Source: Lytechinus pictus (lineage: Eukaryota). Taken from it: a stretch of 64,000 nt of DNA. The position numbers and the translations under genes were made by a program. Where the stretch lies: assembly GCF_037042905.1 (NCBI RefSeq), contig NC_087245.1:11472001-11536000 (forward strand). The letters run 5' to 3'. The notes under the pieces were generated by a model. It did not search any database. It saw only the letters and a program-made list of their open reading frames with translations, and was not told where the DNA came from. How positions within the stretch are numbered: the stretch's first letter is position 1; the number at the start of each line of letters is the position of its first letter. This document shows positions 57,560-64,000 of the stretch, piece after piece.

Positions 57560-58520
57560 ATCTGGATCTGGATGTGTACACTGCTGGACCAATTGGTATG
57601 AATGCAGCGGGTGAGAGAGGGCACGGTGATATTTAGTCGTATCGTAGGTAGCTCTTTTCGATCTTTGACTTGAACACCTCTAGTGATGTGCTGTTCACTG
57701 TGTCAGGTGGGAGATGGTTCCAAGCCAGAGGGGTACTCACAAAAAAAGATTGTTTTAATTGTTCAGTGTTTGTTGATTGAATAGTGTAACCTTTATTGTG
57801 GTTCACTACTTGTCTTTCTAAGATATTCTGTGCTTGAAAGTCTTTAAATTGTTTTGTTTTGACTTTCCGTTTTGGCCTTGATTTAGTCAAGAAATTCTCA
57901 ATAGGAAGGGCTGGGACCAACCCCTCGACCACCTTGAAGAAGGAAGATAACTTCAGGACTTGTCGTCTTGAGGATAGTGTTGGCAGATTTAGCTTTTCTC
58001 TCATGCTGGTGATGCTGCCTGGGTTGCGAGATGTGTAGTCACCTGTGATGAACCTCACAGCTCTGCGCTGAACCCTTTCAAGGCTTTGGATATCTTTCTG
58101 CAGGTATGGATCCCACACACAGGCTCCGTACTCGAGAATGGACCGTACAAGGGAGATGTAGGCTGTACGTTTACACTGCTCAGGGCAAAACTGGAGATTT
58201 CGGCGAAGAAGTCCCAGGATGGAATTTGCTTTTTTCGTTGTCATGCTGATGTGTGGGGTCCATTTAAGGTCATCAGACAGCATGACTCCGAGGTACTTCT
58301 CTTGGGAAATGTGTTTGAGAATATGACCATTGATGTTATAGAAAAAATAGGATGACTTCTGATCAGTACTCAGTACTTGGCATTTCGTGGTGATACGTGT
58401 GCATCTCTCCAGTCGAGGGGTAGAGCACCAGAGTCCACTGACAGCTTAAACATCGCTGTAATGCCAGGAGCAAGTTCGGGTGCACATTCCTTTAAAATGA
58501 TGTTAGGAATAAGGTCTGGA
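57560..58520 (-). mobile_element. 5'-truncated CR1-group LINE with the RT core deleted
   Basis: ORF 57633-58283 (DLKWTPHI..KANSILGLLRRN..LVRSILEYGACVWDPY..LERVQRRAVRF) is a typical ORF2 C-terminus. Upstream PDLIPNIILKECAPELAP..LPLDWRDAHVSP; 3' tail of CCAGAT repeats. Confidence 0.88.
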
Positions 58521-61092
58521 ATTATTAGATGTTAGGAATTATCTGTTTTAGTTTTGAATAATGTTGTATCTTCATTGCTCAATTGTTTTCAGAATATGTA
58601 TGCAAGGACAGAAAGAGTGAAGAGATATCTGGTAGAATGTGAAAGAAAAGGAGGTGATAGGGAATGGTCATTAAGGTGCAATTTACTGCCAAATTATTTA
58701 AGACTACTGAAATGTTACCACACACTTGCAGATTGGAGGGGGGAGGGAGAACACTCCCTATTGACCAAAAATGAGGAGAGTGAGTATTCCTGACTGGGAG
58801 TCTTTTTATTTTTTCAGATTTTTATTTTCTCTTGGGAAATTATGTTGCTCTCATTGTTGCCTCTTTGGAAATTCTTATGGGAAAAAAAAAACCTTTCTAC
58901 CCCTGCAGCCCAAATGAAAGCTCTTAGAATGGGCCTTCTTATAGGGAGTAGCCCCTCTCAGTAAAGTGAAAGCTTTCATGTAAGACTTTTTTTTAATTAA
59001 CATTTTGTCTGATTTTCAACGACACAATGTCAACACTGCAATGCAGTAAATTATACTGTGTAATACAGGCAAAAAATCTGCTACTGTGCTAGTGGTAAAC
59101 AGATCAGTGTGTGGTGGAACGGCAGAACTTGATCTCTATTCTATGAACTATACTATACTTCGCCTAAATTACTTTTGAATTTTGACGCTTCGGCGATACT
59201 CTATTCGTCTCTGGATGGTCGCGGCCACGAAAAATATCAAAAGAGGAATCCAGATTAAAGTTTAAACGTCATTATCGGCACTCGGCAAGTACTTTATCGT
59301 AGTAACTTTCTCAAAATGTGTGTTAGTATATTTTGCTGGTTTTCAGTTTTCATGATGCATCGGCATCGATCAGTAAGACCCTAGGCCTACTCGTAAAGCC
59401 CATTTCTGCTGCTCGATTGTAACAGTCCCATATCGTATTGACTTGTGTGATGTTCTCAAGTTTACTTTGAGGATCGGGGTGGGGCGCAGACTGGGAACTT
59501 GTGGAAGCCGCGGGATCGGATGGGGCGAGACGCGACGTTGCACCGGTAAAATCCGTTGTTTGGTCTTTAGACTCTGGAGGCCAAATGGGGGGGGGGGGGC
59601 CTAGTTAGTTTGAAAATCTCTTGATCTCACCAATTTGTAGGTACGTGTCACCCAGCAAGGGTTCATTATTACATGCCGCCGCGCACCACCCAAGGGTTAA
59701 TAATTACATGCCGCCACGGCCACGCACAGAAAAATCAAGCCATAGAAGTCGTGTGTTGTGGACCCAAGAAGTGAGATCCCAGCACGCGCGACCCACTAGT
59801 TAGAAATCCACTGCCAAACGCGGTTCGTGGTGCGAGGTTAGTATACTATACTAATCGCAATACGTGTGAGTGGGTACGTGTGAACAGCTTGTCACAAATC
59901 AAATCAAATATGTTCAACGGATATGAAAATTAAATTTAATGGACCGGCGGGATACCTCCGAAATCGAATCTCGCCTCGGTGACTGTGGCGTGCTGATTGA
60001 TGAAAAACTTGTGTCAAAGAAACTATTTTATCTTGCTTTCTATTCATCTTTATCATGATTTGAAATTTTGCCTGTATGAAAAAGAAGAATTAGGCCTAGG
60101 CCTAACTCTTTTTCAAATAAGCTATTTTTATTTTTTGCTTATTGAAGTAAGACCAAATTACTATTTTGGCTATTTACAGAAAATCTACTCTAGTGACTTA
60201 TTGTTGGGTTTGTTTTGGGTTGGCTGGTCACATTGTATAAAAATTGCCGAAATCAGGAAAAGGGATACCTACTTGAAAAGTATTTCATGAATGGCATATT
60301 TGAGGCGTTATTTTGGTTGGGGAAACATGTAAAGTACTTGTTAGGATACTCTGAGTTGGAAGAATGTTTATGTGTACTTGTTTAAATTCCTTTTTGAAAG
60401 TATGAGTATTGTAGTGCCCCCCCCCCCCCATCCCCTATTCTAGGATGAAGCAAACTATTCTGTTTCCATCTTTCGGAGGCTACTAGATGAAATGGTTTAA
60501 TATGCCTTATCCATATTTTTCAGCCATAAATTGAAGGGTACTTGTTCATGTTATCACTGCATGTAATGGAAGTCTTGCCAAAAAATACAATGAAGACAGA
60601 AATATAAACAAGTTGATTAGCCATAGCTTGGAACTACAATTAGTATTTTTTTATTACAATCTTGTTAATTTTTCTTTTCCTGAGAGTATTTCTTGTAAAA
60701 TATAGCATCCTGGATTTGCTGTGCCAGTTTGCATTGTGCTTTGGGACAACAAGCCTGGTTTGGAAAGTTCCAAAGGATAACCTTTTACACCACATAGAAT
60801 CAGAAAATCGTGAGATGCGTATCCCCAAAGTGGTCTCTTCCTCTGACCTGATATTGATACACTGAGTTGAGTTTAATAGGGCAAAGGGTGATTCCTTACG
60901 ATACTGGCTCATCCATGTTACCCCTTTGATTTCCAATTTATTAGAGTAGTTTATACAATTTTTCCAAATTAATATGATGCCACAATATCCAGATTTTTTA
61001 CTCATTGCAGTCCATTGTTTTGTTATTGAATTTCACTTTCTTGGCTTATTGTCTTTTTTTTTTCTGTATTAAAGAAAGCTGTGTAAGTCATC

Positions 61093-61198
61093 ATGCATCT
61101 CCTTACAAGACTGTTTGGTCGACCATCTATTACATGGAGGAGTTGGTTAAATATGAGGCACTCTGCTCACATTGGGGCATCAAAAAAGTATATTTCAG
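61093..61198 (+). CDS. psuG: PsuG-like coding exon 1 (presequence-like)
   Basis: [35 protein letters not shown]. The phase-1 donor CAG|GTAATC fits the next exon, and a polypyrimidine acceptor lies upstream. Not supported by homology. Confidence 0.7.
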
Positions 61199-63751
61199 GT
61201 AATCAAACCTCCCTTCCCCCCAAAAAAAAAATGAAATGAATAGCCTGATTTAAAGAAAATTGATAAATGAGTAAATAAATGAATAGATAAATAGATGATT
61301 AATTATTTATATAAATAAACAAATTAATTTAAAAAATAAAGAATAAATAAAAGTATGGAAATAGATAAACAGATATAGAAAGATATAAAAAGATAAGTAA
61401 ATGAATAAATGAATTAATTGATAGATGGATAGTTGATTAAATTATTTATTTATAATGTATTTATTTATTAGTTGATTAATTTATTTATTGATTTATGCTA
61501 AATGAATTAATGATCGAATGGATAAATGAATGAAGGAAGGAAGGAAATTGAATACAACTAAAGGATAATGATATGAAGAAAGAAATGAATTTAACCTCAT
61601 TACAATATTGTTGTTCTTGTAGATTTTCTACAGGTGCATCCTAGTGTACAATCAGCATTGAATAAAGATGGAGCTTTAGTTGCATTAGAAAGTACAATCA
61701 TTACCCATGGTATGCCACATCCACATAACCTCAGGTAAAAGTTATCTGTATATATTATGTAAGTCTGGAAATTTAAAGTATAACAATGACCTGAAAATAG
61801 ATATTTGATATTAGGTGTGATCAAATAGATGCATGCTCTTAACCAAGCAGTTGATAAGGATCTGCATCATCTTGTAAAACCAGATGCTTTGGGGCAAAAC
61901 CTGTTGAAATAAAGTTTGTCTATTTTTAGTTTGCAACTAAGTGGTGTTGACAGAAATAATAGATTTGCTCAAAGCCTGGAGATGAGTTAAGAACCTTCTA
62001 GTAAACTTGCAGTAATTAATGGTGTATGATCATGAGCTTTAGATAACTATAGATAAACATAATTCATATTCATAGGACAGCACAGGAAGTGGAGAAACTT
62101 GTGATACAAACTGGTGCTACTCCAGCTACAATAGCTGTATTAGATGGAAAGATTTGTGTAGGCCTCACAGATAGTCAGTTACAGCGTTTGGCTACAACTC
62201 AACATGCTGTCAAGACATCCAGGCGAGATCTTGCATGGGTATTGAGTCAGGTAACCTATTCTTTCCTTGTATGTTATGTATCCATCACTGACCACCGGAG
62301 GCCAGGGGCATAATGGTTTTGTTTGTACAAAGTTATGGCTTATTCAGTCATTGCGCAAAACATACTAATGTAACTAATATTCTGGTTTGTAAATGTGTTC
62401 ATCGTAATAGGGAGAAAGAACCACCAAACCTATCATCAAATAGGTAGCCTAATTCCTCCTGATATCGATGTTTCAAACTCCACATTTTGATGTAGGGGGT
62501 TATTGTAATGTAATTATTAATTACTTGCAACTTGTTTTTATATTTTTATACCATCCATTCTTTATTTAGGCCGATGTTCATTTGTTTTTAGTATATTTTT
62601 ATTTAGCCCATAACTTTTCTCCTATAATTCCAAATGTGACCAAACTTTTCTTCCATTCATCTAAATAAAATGATCTTCATTATTGTTTTTGCAATTTGGC
62701 AAGACACAAATAAGGTTTATGCCTATATTGGTTTTTTTTTAATTCCCATCTTGTTTTATGCAGTTCTGTTTTGTAAGTACTCACTTTACATATACTTAAT
62801 TCAATGATTTCTTTAAATGCAGAAAATTTCTGGAGGAACAACTGTATCTGGTACTATGATAGCAGCTCATCTAGCTGGTATTCCTATTTTTGTGACCGGT
62901 GGTATTGGAGGGGTTCATCGAGGAGGTGAAACAAGTATGTGAAATTTAAGCAATCTATCTCTTTGTTAATTCTGTGTCCCATAATTATAATTGTTTGGAA
63001 TATTCATAGGTAAAAATATTTTGAAAAACAATATCAATATCAGGGCAATACAAGGAGTTCAGTGTAATTACTGATTTAATAACAAATTTTATATGATGCA
63101 GACAGGGCCATTGTGGAAAGTTCTTTTGTAACTGGTAATGCAACACTTTGTAAATTAAACTAAAGGTGATTAAATAATTATTTCAATTGACATTCATATC
63201 TTTCTTATTTTTTCCAACAAATTGGTGATGGACAGCTTTCAGTATTACACATTGTCTGTTGACATCAGATCTTATTTTTATGATATCCTAATGATTAATG
63301 AAAATATTTTTTTTTAGGCAAAAGTTAATGATACTAATCCCTGTTCTTGTGTTTGCAGTTCTCATTACTTTCGACATATGAAGCTTCTAAACATATGCTC
63401 CTGCCTGCATCAGTTGGCCTTGCTTGATTTGGGTACATATTTTGTGCTTAAGGTTAGGTTTGTGGATGTAATAGACTTTTTATAGGGAATTATGAAAATA
63501 TAAGGTCTAGTATAGCATAAGTATAAATTTGGCTTTAGTACATGGATGTAGATTTTCCAAGGGAAAATTGTATACAGAGCAAATGTAAATTGAAGCCTGT
63601 GAACCCCAACCTTATGGGATTCTTACTTTTCTGCCCGTTATCAGGTATGGATGTGAGTGCAGATTTACAGGAGCTTGGACGTACACCTGTCACTGTCGTA
63701 TCCGCTGGCATCAAATCCATTTTGGATATACCTCGCACCTTGGAATATCTG
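61093..63751 (+). CDS. psuG: Pseudouridine-5'-phosphate glycosidase (PsuG/IndA family; probably the N-terminal half of the eukaryotic bifunctional glycosidase-PfkB kinase); partial, continues beyond the window
   Basis: Exons 61093-61198, 61623-61734, 62076-62250, 62823-62934 and 63645-63751 join in frame with GT-AG borders. Family motifs: [53 protein letters not shown] and [34 protein letters not shown]. Confidence 0.92.
61262..61590. repeat. Degenerate (TAAA/TGAA/TAGA)n AT-rich tract in an intron
   Basis: Visible low complexity. Confidence 0.75.
61623..61734 (+). CDS. psuG: PsuG-like coding exon 2
   Basis: [36 protein letters not shown]. Confidence 0.9.
62076..62250 (+). CDS. psuG: PsuG-like coding exon 3
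   Basis: [30 protein letters not shown]...[14 protein letters not shown]. Confidence 0.93.
62823..62934 (+). CDS. psuG: PsuG-like coding exon 4
   Basis: [37 protein letters not shown]. Confidence 0.94.
63645..63751 (+). CDS. psuG: PsuG-like coding exon 5
   Basis: [35 protein letters not shown]. Confidence 0.94.
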
Positions 63752-64000
63752 GTATGTCATCTCTTTCCAATCGATACAGTGTATTGAATCTTTCAAAATC
63801 ATGCAATCACCGTGTAATTGATATGTTCCTGATTTGACCATACCCTTGCTAATAAATCTCGTATACAGTGAAACCTGATCCAGTGACCACCCTTCTTTCT
63901 ACAGTAGCTACATTTTCTGTTTCTCTTTTATTCTTTATTGACAGGATTTAAAGTGTGATTCTTCATTACTTTCTACTAAAATGTAGACTGGACATTGTCA

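Noticed and set aside
61093..63751. Recent horizontal transfer or indigoidine pigment synthesis
   Set aside because: The gene has multiple spliceosomal introns and host-like composition, and the family is widespread in eukaryotes. The IndA name is historical and no NRPS is present.

Overview
This is AT-rich, intron-containing animal genomic DNA. The repeat families and gene style suggest a sea urchin or other echinoderm, which is an inference and not proven. It contains four things. (1) A cluster of three paralogous class A GPCR genes with uninterrupted coding regions (4583-5908 +, 12010-13404 -, 19651-20765 -). All have N/T-R-W in place of DRY and lack the TM6 Trp, and the third carries a 2-bp frameshift. 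(2) A complete 16-exon WDR48/UAF1 gene on + (CDS 31012-51335, 693 aa as spliced by hand, all introns GT-AG). (3) The 5' part of a spliced PsuG-family pseudouridine-5'-phosphate glycosidase gene (from 61093, running off the window) with a mitochondrial-presequence-like N-terminus. (4) Dense mobile DNA: three degraded LINEs, tRNA-derived SINEs, Kolobok-, hAT-, Harbinger-, piggyBac- and Tc1/mariner-like non-autonomous elements (several nested), and two pearl/DINE-like elements whose tandem units carry nuclear-receptor DR1 motifs. I found no CRISPR array, operon or other prokaryotic system, and nothing I can demonstrate to be a new system. The best leads are listed under findings.
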